Notes: generated from the sequence alone by a model not told the origin. Positions 21,235 to 30,979 are shown, numbered from the stretch's first letter. The stretch: DNA of 32,000 nucleotides from an uncultured Gammaproteobacteria bacterium (GCA_964360965.1 CAYHYM010000004.1:32796-64795), one strand, 5' to 3'. Made by a program: numbers and translations.

Positions 21235-21825
21235 ATGGTTAAGTTTCACTACAGGGAATCACCTTCTCCCGGGCAAAGACAAGCTTTTGCCCCATATTTA
21301 TCTGAGGATGAGGAGCTAATTTTGGCAACCGGTTTTTCCAGAGCATACATCCGTTCCAAGTTTATCATATACCTGATGTTTCCGGGACTGTTATTTCTAG
21401 GGATGGGATTAGGAGTGGGTTGGCTTCTGGGACTGACTAAGGTCTGGGCTGCTATTTTGGCAGTAGGACTGATGATTTTATCAGCCATCTTAAAAACAAT
21501 GCACATTTTTCATGCCAATAGGTATTTATTAACAACAAAACGGGCCATGATCAAACACGGACTTTTCTCAGTTAAACTGACAGCCGCCGTTTATGATAAG
21601 ATTACCCACCTGGAAGTTGATCAGTCTTTTATAGACAGATTATTTTTCCATCATGGGCATATTATTGTCAATACAGCAGGCTTAAATAAAGGCGACATTA
21701 AGCTGGAGTATGTGGACTATCCAATGGAGCTTAAAAACTTACTGGAAAGGCTGATTAACAGGGAAAGAGAACAATATGGGTTACGAGGTGGGGTAACTAC
21801 CACTATAGAGGGAGAGATAATCTAG
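21235..21825 (+). CDS. membrane protein with bacterial PH (bPH_2/YdbT-like) domain
   Basis: Two TM helices followed by YLLTTKRAMIKHGLFSVKLTAAVYDKITHLEVDQSFIDRLF, a bPH_2 pattern. ATG 21235 is preferred over TTG 21232. Confidence 0.6.
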   Translation: MVKFHYRESPSPGQRQAFAPYLSEDEELILATGFSRAYIRSKFIIYLMFPGLLFLGMGLGVGWLLGLTKVWAAILAVGLMILSAILKTMHIFHANRYLLTTKRAMIKHGLFSVKLTAAVYDKITHLEVDQSFIDRLFFHHGHIIVNTAGLNKGDIKLEYVDYPMELKNLLERLINREREQYGLRGGVTTTIEGEII

Positions 21826-22544
21826 TCAAAATCGGGGATTAAAGTCTTTTTTAAATCAGTCTTCTTGGGTTTGCTTCCACCCACTGGTTTAAAGTCCTCT
21901 TCTCTGGGGAAATTAGGAATTTGGGGTAAGATGGTCTGAGGATCAATATATTCTCCATTGAAAGTAACCTCCAGATGGGTATGAGGACCGGAAGTGGCGC
22001 CTGTTAATCCCACCTCGCCTATGATATTTGACGGACTAACCTGCTGTCCTCCTTTGACAAATACTCTTCCCATATGGCCATAAGTTGATTTAAAACCAGA
22101 TGAGTGGGAGATCACTACATGATTTCCCAATCCCCAAAAAGAAAAATTAACTTCCTCAACTACACCTGAGGTGATGGGATAAATTGGCATGCCCAATCCT
22201 GCCGCAATGTCCACTGCCTTATGAAAGCTGGAAAATCGAGTAGATAGATATCCCGGGTGAGGAAGATTGATTGGTTGAGGCAGATTCTCAGCTGTAATTT
22301 GTTGCTGTTGTTCATCTGCTGAAACTATCACCTTCTTGACAGGAGGAAAGGTAAAAGCTGGCTGATATCCCATCAGAGTTAGGATCAATGTTACTACCAG
22401 TGTTATTTTTTTAAGCCGCTGAAAATCCTTCTCCCGCAGTTGGCGTAAAAGGATAAGCCTTGGCTTGATGTTGGCAAAAACAAAGTTTAGGGCGTCCCGT
22501 TCTTGGCTTTTGTTAGGCAGCAGGCTTTTGTCTTTTCTTTTCAA
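21822..22544 (-). CDS. M23 family (LytM-type) metallopeptidase
   Basis: Contains HKAVDIAAGLGMPIYPITSGVV, GNHVVISHSSGFKSTYGHM and GPHTHLEV motifs. Confidence 0.85.
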   Translation of the reverse strand: MKRKDKSLLPNKSQERDALNFVFANIKPRLILLRQLREKDFQRLKKITLVVTLILTLMGYQPAFTFPPVKKVIVSADEQQQQITAENLPQPINLPHPGYLSTRFSSFHKAVDIAAGLGMPIYPITSGVVEEVNFSFWGLGNHVVISHSSGFKSTYGHMGRVFVKGGQQVSPSNIIGEVGLTGATSGPHTHLEVTFNGEYIDPQTILPQIPNFPREEDFKPVGGSKPKKTDLKKTLIPDFD

Positions 22545-22647
22545 AGAAATCTAAGCCTATATGCTTAGAATAGCTTATTATTCTAGCACAAGGTATAATA
22601 AAAGTCAACCCTAAATGCATAAATAATCTTATGAAAAAATTGAAAAA

Positions 22648-23451
22648 ATGAAAAAAGCAATATTCATAAGCTTTATTTTTATAAGTCTGGCAATTATTTT
22701 TGTTCAGGTTGCCACAGTTACTCTTGGCTCAATTTTGGATTTTAAGCAAAAAGCAGGACTTAAAATCTTATCACAGCCAAATTCCGCGCAAGTTTTTATT
22801 GATAATGTTGAGGAGGGAAAAACGCCTTTTGAGAACGGGAATCTTTCTCCCAAAGAATACCTGGTGAAAATTAAAGGAGAGGACTCTTTTTGGCAGGGCA
22901 GGGTTAAATTAACCGCAGGAACGCTAACTTATGTCAACCGCGAGCTATCAAAAGATAACATCCTATCCTCCGGTGAGATATTAACTTTAACAAAGGGTGA
23001 GGGTGTGGTGGTAATTTCTACTCCTTCAGGGGCGGATGTTGAGATAGATGGGAAATTGACAGGCCAAACCCCGCTCTCTATTGATGTTTTAGATGGAGAA
23101 CACATGTTTAATATCTCTCACCCGGGTTATTTAAGCAGGAGTTTTAAGGCATATCTTCCGCAAAATTACAGCCTGACACTTAATGTAGATTTGGCTCTTT
23201 CAGAGACAGATTTAACCAGTATTGTTATTCCGTCAGTTAAAGAGACTGAAGAGGTGGTGGTTAAAAAAACCCCCACCGGTTTCCTGCGAGTGAGGGATCA
23301 ACCTTCAATTTCGGGAAAAGAAATAGCCAGAGTCCTGCCGGGGGATACGCTGATACTTTTGGGAGAAGATAGTCAGTGGGATAGAATAAGGCTTAAAAGT
23401 GGAGAGGAAGGATATGTTTCCAAAATTTATGTGGAGAAAAAAGCTCAGTAA
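22648..23451 (+). CDS. PEGA-domain / SH3b-domain envelope protein
   Basis: N-terminal anchor, two PEGA-like repeats (SQPNSAQVFIDNVEEGKTP; STPSGADVEIDGKLTGQTP) and a C-terminal SH3b-like segment (GFLRVRDQPSISGKEIARVLPGDTL...GYVSKIYV). Confidence 0.65.
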   Translation: MKKAIFISFIFISLAIIFVQVATVTLGSILDFKQKAGLKILSQPNSAQVFIDNVEEGKTPFENGNLSPKEYLVKIKGEDSFWQGRVKLTAGTLTYVNRELSKDNILSSGEILTLTKGEGVVVISTPSGADVEIDGKLTGQTPLSIDVLDGEHMFNISHPGYLSRSFKAYLPQNYSLTLNVDLALSETDLTSIVIPSVKETEEVVVKKTPTGFLRVRDQPSISGKEIARVLPGDTLILLGEDSQWDRIRLKSGEEGYVSKIYVEKKAQ

Positions 23452-23465
23452 TGTCATTCTGTTTG

Positions 23466-24398
23466 TTATACCCCCAAGTAATAGATAATTCCCACCACCA
23501 TTGAAATCCATAAAATTACGGTAATAAGCAGAGGTTTGTCAGTGATCAAAACCCGCTCAGGAGATTCCCCTTCTTTTTTCTCATAGATGATATATAGATA
23601 TCTCATTACTCCATAAATCACCACCGGTACTGTAGCCATTAAATATTTGGCTTCGGTAATAGGAATATTAAGTTCGTCAAAAAGACTGGTGATTGGTCCT
23701 TTTACCAAAATCGGCGGTTGCAGAAAAGCAAAAAATGCGTATGTTAGCCAGGTTGAATTGGCAAACATAGAGGTTAATATGTCAAGCAGATTTTCCGGAT
23801 AATAAAGAAGCGTTTCACGGTGTTTGGGGGCATGTTGTTGCATCAGGGTTCTTTCTGATCTTCTTTTCCCTATGGCCAAAAAAAGAGCGAAAGAAATAAT
23901 TGACAGTAAAAACCAGACGTTAAGATGGGCATCAGTTACCCAAATTCCGGCAAATACCCTTAAAACAAATCCTGCGGCAATTACCATCACATCAAGCAGG
24001 ATAATCTGTTTAAGATACGCGGAATAAAAAAGCTGCAGGATCAGATAAAGTAGTGAGGCTATGAAAAAAAGGGGGGATAAATTATAAGATAAGGGTAAAA
24101 GGATAACTATTAATATCAGGGATATAAAAACCGCAACTTGAGGAGGGATTATGCCTTGTGCAATTGGTCTTCTTTTTTTAAATGGATGGTTCCTATCTCT
24201 TTCAATATCAAAGACATCATTTAAAAGATAGCTGGCTGATGAAAGTCCGCAAAATATTAAAAAAGCAAAAATGGCCTTATTTTGATAAATAGGGTCAAAT
24301 AAAGATCCTGAAAATATTAAACCTGCAAAAATAGCAAAGTTTTTTACCCATTGTCTGGGTCTTGTCGCTCGGATAAGTCCCCAAAAAAATTCAACCAC
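23466..24398 (-). CDS. UbiA-family prenyltransferase, decaprenyl-phosphate phosphoribosyltransferase-like
   Basis: RPRQWVKNFAIFAGLIFSG and NDVFDIERDRNHPFKKRRPIAQG motifs with multiple TM helices. GTG start. Overlaps the upstream gene by 55 nt. Confidence 0.7.
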   Translation of the reverse strand: MVEFFWGLIRATRPRQWVKNFAIFAGLIFSGSLFDPIYQNKAIFAFLIFCGLSSASYLLNDVFDIERDRNHPFKKRRPIAQGIIPPQVAVFISLILIVILLPLSYNLSPLFFIASLLYLILQLFYSAYLKQIILLDVMVIAAGFVLRVFAGIWVTDAHLNVWFLLSIISFALFLAIGKRRSERTLMQQHAPKHRETLLYYPENLLDILTSMFANSTWLTYAFFAFLQPPILVKGPITSLFDELNIPITEAKYLMATVPVVIYGVMRYLYIIYEKKEGESPERVLITDKPLLITVILWISMVVGIIYYLGV

Positions 24399-25387
24399 AA
24401 AATCCCTCCCAATATAATTGTTGCCACCAAAACAGCGGCAAATAATTTACCTTTGCTGTCTAAAGTTAAAGCAATTGCTCCCAGAATAGCACTTCCCAAT
24501 ATATAAAACAAGGTAATCTGCCTATGGGATAGCCCTAAATCAAGTAAACGATGATGCAAATGGTTTCGATCTCCCCAAACAGGAGATTTACCGGATAAAA
24601 TTCTCCGGAAAAAAGTATAGACAAAATCAGTAGCAGGGACAAGCAGGGTTAGTAAGGCTGTTGCCAACTTTGCCCCGGATAAAATAGACAGAGTGGCAAT
24701 TAAAAATCCAAAAATAGTGGAACCGGAAAAACCGGGGAAAATTTTGGCAGGGTACCAATTCATTATTAAAAACCCCAAAGCGCTGCCTGCTGTTGCAAAC
24801 GCCAATTTGGTGACTGTCAGTTGGTTGGGGTCACCATCAAGATATAGTTTGAAAGATAAAAGTCCTAAGACCAGCGCGGTAATTACTACAATCCCGGGCA
24901 TTTGGCCATCTACCCCTTTTGACCAGTTAATCATATTCATCACCCACACAATCCAAAGAAGAGTTAGAAGATTTCCAACTGTCTGGTCAAGGGGAATGAT
25001 GCCGCCTAAGGGATTGGTTATAAAGTTAATAGTGGTGCCGGTGCCAACAATGATGATGGCTGCTATAAACTGGGTAAGCAGTCTGATATAGGGAGAAAAA
25101 TTTTGATATTTATCATCCAAAAGTCCAGTTATGAGCAGTATCAAAATTCCCAGCACAAGCCCAATAATTTGTTTTTCCAGAGGAATAAATAAAATAATGG
25201 TAATGACAATGCCAATAAAACAGGCCAGCCCCCCGGCGCGAGGCACTATTCTTTTCAAAACTCTTCCCGGATGAGGTCGTTTGCGGGGATCATCCAAAAG
25301 TGTAAACCGGCGGGCAATTTTAATGGTGGGGAAAATGGAAATTAAGGTAATGACAAAAGCAATTGTAAGAATTATTAAAAGGATCAT
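24344..25387 (-). CDS. glycosyltransferase family 4 polyprenyl-phosphate sugar-1-phosphate transferase (MraY/WecA-like)
   Basis: 347 aa, polytopic. Contains LLDDKYQNFSPYIRL and NMINWSKGVDGQMPG (compare N-x-x-N-x-x-DG-x-DG). Confidence 0.75.
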   Translation of the reverse strand: MILLIILTIAFVITLISIFPTIKIARRFTLLDDPRKRPHPGRVLKRIVPRAGGLACFIGIVITIILFIPLEKQIIGLVLGILILLITGLLDDKYQNFSPYIRLLTQFIAAIIIVGTGTTINFITNPLGGIIPLDQTVGNLLTLLWIVWVMNMINWSKGVDGQMPGIVVITALVLGLLSFKLYLDGDPNQLTVTKLAFATAGSALGFLIMNWYPAKIFPGFSGSTIFGFLIATLSILSGAKLATALLTLLVPATDFVYTFFRRILSGKSPVWGDRNHLHHRLLDLGLSHRQITLFYILGSAILGAIALTLDSKGKLFAAVLVATIILGGILWLNFFGDLSERQDPDNG

Positions 25388-25388
25388 T

Positions 25389-25730
25389 TTAGATAAAGAT
25401 GGTAATAATTTTTAAGCCGGTTATAAAAAGGACTATATCAACCACTGCTGTGGAGATGATAAGGATGCGTTTGATAAGAAACTGAGACGGGTGAAGCTGA
25501 AGGTATAGCAGGATATTACATAAGCTAATAAGGGCAATATTGGCTGGTAAGATTAAAAATTGCAGTTTTTGAGTAAGTTGAGCCTCTCCCCATGAAAGAG
25601 AGTAAAAAAGAGGCAGTTTTGCCGGTAAAAACGCATAAAAAATCAGCAAGATTAAACAAAGAAGTAGCGAGCAAGCGATAGAAAATAGAATAGGCAATGT
25701 TAGGTATTTATCTTTACGAGCTAAATTCAT
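25389..25730 (-). CDS. small integral membrane protein
   Basis: 113 aa with 3-4 hydrophobic helices, tightly packed between the GT2 and GT4 genes. Confidence 0.45.
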   Translation of the reverse strand: MNLARKDKYLTLPILFSIACSLLLCLILLIFYAFLPAKLPLFYSLSWGEAQLTQKLQFLILPANIALISLCNILLYLQLHPSQFLIKRILIISTAVVDIVLFITGLKIITIFI

Positions 25731-27511
25731 TAGGTAGCCCTTACTCTTACTTTGGTGGTGACGCGAAATTTTAAATACTTCCCAAACATCATTGATGTTT
25801 GGGCATCAAGGGCTGGGAGGGTGGAGATGGTGACAATGATAATAGGTATCAAAACCCACTGAATATAGGACCATAGTTTTTGTAAGATAGACCAAGACTC
25901 CGGCCTTTTGGGAACCGTTTTTTCGTGGACATAGATGGTGGCAAATATTCCCAAAAAGGCGATAGTTAATATCCAGGAGGAGATAAACGGCAGGTTATAA
26001 GAAACTACAGATTGAGCATAGTCAGGATTAATCAATGGAATAAGCAGTCCGGCAAAAGTGACAAATAAAGCCAAGATTCCCCAGCGCAAATAACCCCAAA
26101 CGACAAAAAGCAGTTTATCTGTTTTATCCCAAAAATCCAAATCTTTATTTTTAAAATACTGTTTAACAATAAAAGGAATGTGTTCTACCCCATAAGCCCA
26201 GCGTTTTTGTTGTAAATATTGATTTTGTAGAGTCTTAAATAAAGTGACATCCAAAACCGCATCGGCGGAGATGGGTAAAAAGTGGGGGATCACTTTGTAG
26301 TCTCCTTTAAAATGAAAGTAAGCCTTCCAATAAAATCCGGAATCATCATTAACTTTATCGGGAATCCACAGGCCCACATTCAGCAGAGATTTTAGATTAA
26401 TAGACAAAGAGGCAAAATTCATATATTTATCAGAGCCCACCATCTCTGATAACTGCCAAAATGAAGTACCTGCTGCCATCAGTCTCATGGGGGTAGGTAC
26501 CTGCCAATAGTTGTTATGATATAAAAACATTCCGGTGTAGCTTCTTTTATCACGAATGTTGGCCGGGGTGGACAGATACTTGTGCAGCGCTCCGGCTAAA
26601 AATTGAGGATGAATCACAAAATCAGCATCTAAAGTGGTAACAATTACCTGTTCCTCTTTGATGCCTAATTTTTTAAACTGCTCCACGGCATTATTAATCA
26701 TGTAATTTCTATTAGTTCCCGGGCCTGGTATTTCTCCAGGTAAACCAAAGGGGTGGATGGTGGTAAAGACTCCACCGATCTTTTGGCTTAAGTTATTCAA
26801 GTAAGTTTGAGTTTTTTTAATTTTTTCCGGATCATTTTGATACTCTCTTTCCTCAAAACCTACTGCTAAAAATATTTTATCTTTGGGATAATTAGCAGAA
26901 ACAACGGCATCAAAGACTGGCAGCACCACCTCTAAAGGTTCTTTATAAGTGGGTACGGCAATTAAATGATAGTAATTTTGCCAATTGTCAGAAAAATCTT
27001 TATCTAATTTTTGTAGCCAGTTTTGTTTTTTGGCTTCTTCCATCTTTCTATAACCGATGATGATCAAAACTGCTATTTTTAAAGAGCTAATCAGCCAATA
27101 AATATCGGCCAAAAGTATCAGATATGCCACTGCAAAAGGTAGAGTAAATGATAACCAGATGGGAGAGGTGAGGGCAATCCAGGTTAGAGCTCCCGGGAAT
27201 ATCTCTAAAAACCTCTCTACTGTTGTTTCATGTTTTCTGACAAAGTCTTTTTCTAACTTTTCTGAAAAAACAAAACTTTCTCGCAGCAAATGATGAACGA
27301 TCATCCCTATACCGGAACCGGTCATGAAGATAGATAACAGAGTGCGGCTGGGGTCACTGATGATGATTTCTCCCAAAAAGAGGATTGTCAGTCCGGTTAG
27401 TACTAATATTAAACCTAGGACACTGCGGTGTAAGTGCCGTCCTCTTAAGATTACCTCTGATAGGTAAAAGGAAAGTACGCCACCAAGAATAAAAAAGAGA
27501 ACGATTCTCAT
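25730..27511 (-). CDS. membrane-embedded processive family 2 glycosyltransferase (cellulose/chitin-synthase-like)
   Basis: 593 aa. Contains TTLDADF (DxD) and QQKRWAYG (Q-x-x-RW), flanked by N- and C-terminal TM helices. Confidence 0.75.
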   Translation of the reverse strand: MRIVLFFILGGVLSFYLSEVILRGRHLHRSVLGLILVLTGLTILFLGEIIISDPSRTLLSIFMTGSGIGMIVHHLLRESFVFSEKLEKDFVRKHETTVERFLEIFPGALTWIALTSPIWLSFTLPFAVAYLILLADIYWLISSLKIAVLIIIGYRKMEEAKKQNWLQKLDKDFSDNWQNYYHLIAVPTYKEPLEVVLPVFDAVVSANYPKDKIFLAVGFEEREYQNDPEKIKKTQTYLNNLSQKIGGVFTTIHPFGLPGEIPGPGTNRNYMINNAVEQFKKLGIKEEQVIVTTLDADFVIHPQFLAGALHKYLSTPANIRDKRSYTGMFLYHNNYWQVPTPMRLMAAGTSFWQLSEMVGSDKYMNFASLSINLKSLLNVGLWIPDKVNDDSGFYWKAYFHFKGDYKVIPHFLPISADAVLDVTLFKTLQNQYLQQKRWAYGVEHIPFIVKQYFKNKDLDFWDKTDKLLFVVWGYLRWGILALFVTFAGLLIPLINPDYAQSVVSYNLPFISSWILTIAFLGIFATIYVHEKTVPKRPESWSILQKLWSYIQWVLIPIIIVTISTLPALDAQTSMMFGKYLKFRVTTKVRVRAT

Positions 27512-28413
27512 GCCTTAATTATGCCAATTTTGCTGACGTTTTGCCACATCTGATCCACAATTTGATCAATTGGTTGATTTTTTATCCGGGCAATTTCTTT
27601 AACCACTTCTAAAACATAGGCAGGTTCGTTTCTCTGTCCCCGTTTTGATTGTGGCGGTAAAAAAGGAGAATCAGTTTCGATGGTAATTTTTTCCAAAGGT
27701 AGGATCCTGGCGGCTTCTTGTAGATATTCATTTTGGGGATAGGTGATATTGCCGGCAAAGGAAACCAGGAAATTAGTTTGCAGTATGCGGTTGGTAGTTG
27801 GTAGTAAGCCACTATAACAGTGGTAAATACCAAAGTAGTCTTTTGTCATCTTCAAGACTTCATCCCAGGCCGAAGGAGACGAAGTCTCCGCAGGTGGTGA
27901 GCCACTCGGCACTGAGCTCACGGCCGAAGTGCCTGTCGAACCGCTACTTTTTGATCTGTCATCCCGGCAGTGAACAATTAAAGGAAGGTTAAGTTTTTTT
28001 GCTAAATCAATTTGAGCTTGGAAAAGCTGCCTTTGTAGGTTTTTAACAATAAACACCTCCGAGGTGGGCTTTGACTCCCCGGAGGTGGAGAAAGCATAAT
28101 CCAGGCCGCACTCTCCAACAGCTACTACTTTATCTACATTATCTAAATATATTTTTTCTAAACTTTTTATATCTTTTTGGATAGATATGTCTAGGTTATC
28201 TTTATACTTAACTGCCTCATGAGGATGAATGCCAATCGAAGAATAAAATTTTAATTTGTTAGAATTTAACTCTGCTGCGATTTTGGAAGTTTCAACATCT
28301 ACACCAATATTAATGATAATGCCTACATCAGCATCTAAGGAATGTCTAATCACTTCGTCAAAGTCTTGTTTAAAACTATCCCAATATAAATGTGCATGAG
28401 TATCAATTAACAT
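27508..28413 (-). CDS. tatD: TatD-family metal-dependent hydrolase/DNase carrying a ~27-aa low-complexity insertion
   Basis: Contains MLIDTHAHLYWD, GECGLDY, VHCRD and YHCYSG motifs. It is 301 aa versus the usual ~260; the extra SSGSTGTSAVSSVPSGSPPAETSSPSA is encoded by the GC-rich element. Confidence 0.85.
   Translation of the reverse strand: MLIDTHAHLYWDSFKQDFDEVIRHSLDADVGIIINIGVDVETSKIAAELNSNKLKFYSSIGIHPHEAVKYKDNLDISIQKDIKSLEKIYLDNVDKVVAVGECGLDYAFSTSGESKPTSEVFIVKNLQRQLFQAQIDLAKKLNLPLIVHCRDDRSKSSGSTGTSAVSSVPSGSPPAETSSPSAWDEVLKMTKDYFGIYHCYSGLLPTTNRILQTNFLVSFAGNITYPQNEYLQEAARILPLEKITIETDSPFLPPQSKRGQRNEPAYVLEVVKEIARIKNQPIDQIVDQMWQNVSKIGIIKA
27864..27947 (+). repeat. GC-rich element copy inserted in-frame in tatD (element orientation opposite to the gene)
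   Basis: By eye, about 77% identity between 27896-27947 and 14408-14460 (GGTGAG..CTGAGCTCA..CCGAAG..CGAACCGCT). Internal hairpins are GGAGAC-gaa-GTCTCC and GTGAGC/GCTCAC. Confidence 0.7.
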
Positions 28414-29099
28414 TATTTTTTAAATACTACCCACCAATAGTAACGGTCATATATTTTATCTCCAAAACGAGTTGGTCTATGAACTAAATCAGAGTACTGA
28501 ACTTTAAAAAAAGGAAACTCTGTAGTTATCTCTTCTAAATTAAAAGTTCTCTCTTGGTGACCCATCTCAGGTATCACATAGGTATTTGGTTCGGGTCCAG
28601 GATGTTCTTGCAATAATTTTTGAGCCTCTTTATCATTGGTTCTGTCTAAAGTATAAATTACAAATAACCCGTCTTTTTTTAAAACTCTAGCAAGTTGTTC
28701 TTTGTAAGATTCTAATTGTTCTCTTGTTAAGAGGTGTGAGGTGACGAAATCTAATACATAATCCATTGACTCATCTGCAAAAGGCCATCGGTCGGCAATA
28801 TCTAGAACTTGATAACGAGCAACTAAACCCAGACCTTCAGCTCTACTTTGGGCTTGTTGGATTGCCACTTTAGAAAAATCCACTCCTATTGCATCAAAAC
28901 CTTTTTGGGATAACCAATTGCTGTTACGTCCCATACCGCATCCTACTTCCAGTAAATTGCCTCTTAAAGGGATCTGCCTTTCCTCTAAGTATCTAACAAA
29001 AGTGATTGCTGAAATTGATGGTTCTTCAGAAGATAAGGCTCTAAAATGTGGGCTGCCTTGTGTATATTCAGTGTTCCAATACTCAGCGCTATTTTTCAT
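28413..29099 (-). CDS. class I SAM-dependent methyltransferase
   Basis: LLEVGCGMGRNSNWLSQKGFDAIGVDFS is motif I, followed by later acidic motifs. Confidence 0.75.
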   Translation of the reverse strand: MKNSAEYWNTEYTQGSPHFRALSSEEPSISAITFVRYLEERQIPLRGNLLEVGCGMGRNSNWLSQKGFDAIGVDFSKVAIQQAQSRAEGLGLVARYQVLDIADRWPFADESMDYVLDFVTSHLLTREQLESYKEQLARVLKKDGLFVIYTLDRTNDKEAQKLLQEHPGPEPNTYVIPEMGHQERTFNLEEITTEFPFFKVQYSDLVHRPTRFGDKIYDRYYWWVVFKK

Positions 29100-30544
29100 A
29101 TCCTGGGAAAAAGTGGTGGAGCAGATTTAATACTACCTGAAAATTGCTTCAAAATCTTCTCACTAGTTTCTGGTAAAAATGGTTGGAGGTTGTAAGCAAT
29201 ATCTCTAACTCTCATCCATAAGTCATCTTCTAAATACTCTGTGCCATCATCTGTAAGCTGATTTGCAAATTCTTCTTTCCCTAGTTCCCATGGTTTTTTC
29301 TCATTGAGTAATTTATCAGTCTCTCTAATTTGATCCCACACTACAGCTAGTGCTTCATTAAATTTATACTCCCTTAGCTTATCTTCAATTCTGGAATCAA
29401 GAATGGAAGGATCGTCTTCACCCATGATTGTAAACTCTAAATTATTATTTTCAAATAATTTAGCTATCCTAGCCACCAAATTCCCTAAACCATTAGCTAA
29501 ATCTGCATTATAGACTTCTTTAAATCTTTCAATGGTAAAGTCTCCATCTGCATCTATGGGGATTTGAGAAAGCATGTAGTATCTTAAAGGTTCCAGTCCA
29601 TATTCTTTAACAACATCTTGAGGAGAAATAACATTACCGACTGATTTAGAAATTTTTTCTCCCTTTAGATTAACAAATCCATGAATCAAGATTTGTTTTG
29701 GAAGAGGCAACTTGGCAGATAAAAGCATAGCCGGCCAATAAACAGTGTGGAACCTATTTATATCTTTCCCAATAATATGTAAATCCGCTGGCCACCACTT
29801 TCTCCACATATCCTCATCCCACCCAAAACCTACACCAGTCATATAAATATTCAAGGCATCGTACCAGACATAAATTTTTTGATCGGGATCATCTGGAACC
29901 GGTACACCGATACCTTTTGCTCGTTCATTTGACCTAGAGATACTGAAGTCCTCGAGTCCGGATTTGATAAACGACAGAGCCTCCTGTCTTTTATTTTCAG
30001 GGATAATTTTGAATTCATTTGTTTCAATGATTTGAATCAATTTATCTTGATATTTTGATAACCTAAAGAAATAATTTTCCTCTTTTATAAGATCTGGCTT
30101 TTGTTGATGAATAGAGCAAAAACCATCAGTTAGCTCTCCTTCAGTTTTGAAAGCCTCGCAACCCACACAATAAAGACCCTTATATTCTTTTTTATAAATA
30201 TCTCCATTTTCCAAACACAAGTTCCAAAATTTTTGTACCCCAGGCCAATGTTTTTTTTGGTCGGAGCCTCGCTGGAAAATATCTAAATGCACACCTAAAA
30301 ATTCATAGGTGTCATGCCAAATTTTGGAATTTCGATCTAAAAATTGTTGAACCGGTAAACCTTCTGCTTCTGCTGCCTGAACATTTTTTAAAGCATTTTC
30401 ATCTGCTCCTGAAAGAAGTAAAGTTTCGTAACCCTTGAGCTGATAATATCTGCGGATGGTATCTGCCTGAAAATATTCCAGTGAGTGGCCCACATGGGGT
30501 AGCCCATTAACATATGGTATTGCTGTAGTTATAAAATACTTCAC
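29096..30544 (-). CDS. metG: methionine--tRNA ligase (short form without C-terminal tRNA-binding domain)
   Basis: FITTAIPYVNGLPHVGH (HIGH), KISKSVGN (KMSKS) and a CVGCEAF zinc knuckle. GTG start. Confidence 0.9.
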   Translation of the reverse strand: MKYFITTAIPYVNGLPHVGHSLEYFQADTIRRYYQLKGYETLLLSGADENALKNVQAAEAEGLPVQQFLDRNSKIWHDTYEFLGVHLDIFQRGSDQKKHWPGVQKFWNLCLENGDIYKKEYKGLYCVGCEAFKTEGELTDGFCSIHQQKPDLIKEENYFFRLSKYQDKLIQIIETNEFKIIPENKRQEALSFIKSGLEDFSISRSNERAKGIGVPVPDDPDQKIYVWYDALNIYMTGVGFGWDEDMWRKWWPADLHIIGKDINRFHTVYWPAMLLSAKLPLPKQILIHGFVNLKGEKISKSVGNVISPQDVVKEYGLEPLRYYMLSQIPIDADGDFTIERFKEVYNADLANGLGNLVARIAKLFENNNLEFTIMGEDDPSILDSRIEDKLREYKFNEALAVVWDQIRETDKLLNEKKPWELGKEEFANQLTDDGTEYLEDDLWMRVRDIAYNLQPFLPETSEKILKQFSGSIKSAPPLFPRI

Positions 30545-30576
30545 GTTTTTTGAATCCTTTCAAAAAAGGCAAGGTT

Positions 30577-30595
30577 CTGCGAGCGAAGCAGGTCC
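30577..30595 (-). repeat. possible short reverse-orientation copy of the GC-rich motif
   Basis: The minus strand GGACCTGCTTCGCTCGCAG resembles the CTTCGCTCAGG core. It is intergenic between the membrane protein gene and metG. Confidence 0.3.
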
Positions 30596-30979
30596 TTATC
30601 TCTTTCTCTTGATGAGATGCTTTAGTTTAGGCACGTTTGAAGAAGAAGTCAAGCGAGATTTAGGTTTTTTAAAGTAGCTAATAAAAAGATAAACAGAGAT
30701 AGCTGTTAATGTTACTGTGACAAAATTTAAAACATCTAGGGCTTTTAATAAAAGAATAATGATTATCCCAAAAGAGATAAAGGCAGAAATTAATAAAAAA
30801 TCAGCAGCTATATTAATAGTAAGGGTTAAAGCAAAAAAAAGTGGAGTCAAAAAAGCTAATAGTTGTAAGGGTGTAGCTTGAGTTAAAGTTTGAGGATAAG
30901 GAACTCCTTGAAAGATGACAAATAAAAAAATTCCCCAGCAGATTAAAGCCAGTAAAGCTTTGGACAGCAGCTTGAGCAT
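30596..30979 (-). CDS. integral membrane protein with basic C-terminal tail
   Basis: 127 aa with 3-4 TM helices and a KPKSRLTSSSNVPKLKHLIKRKR tail. Confidence 0.5.
   Translation of the reverse strand: MLKLLSKALLALICWGIFLFVIFQGVPYPQTLTQATPLQLLAFLTPLFFALTLTINIAADFLLISAFISFGIIIILLLKALDVLNFVTVTLTAISVYLFISYFKKPKSRLTSSSNVPKLKHLIKRKR

Noticed and set aside
22631-22651. Mini-ORF ATGAAAAAATTGAAAAAATGA (MKKLKK*) overlapping the ATG of the PEGA/SH3 gene, with ATGAAAAAA duplicated.
   Set aside because: It could be a coupling uORF. A 6-codon A-rich ORF in an A-rich promoter region is easily produced by chance or by a small start-region duplication, and there is no supporting signal.
24344-24398. 55-nt overlap between the GT4 gene end and the UbiA gene start, containing a T7/A7 run; a frameshift or fusion was considered.
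   Set aside because: Both proteins are full length with all family motifs in their own frames. The overlap is explained by the GTG start, or by a slightly later start of the UbiA gene.
325-29130. Numerous 60-160-codon ORFs in the track that lie antisense to, or out of frame within, longer genes: 325-519, 1379-1618, 1696-1881, 4588-4797, 6320-6601, 7787-7990, 8029-8244, 8582-8827, 9227-9415, 9538-9765, 11591-11806, 12237-12422, 12687-13016, 19783-20196, 20221-20694, 21249-21506, 23305-23511, 23824-24027, 24693-25091, 27609-27833, 27798-27992 and 28918-29130.
   Set aside because: Each is fully embedded in a longer ORF that has clear family motifs on the other strand or frame. They have low-complexity or biased composition and no start context, so they are shadow ORFs.
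30545-30595. T-box leader upstream of metG.
   Set aside because: Only ~50 nt separate metG from the upstream gene, far too short for a T-box, and no T-box sequence is present.
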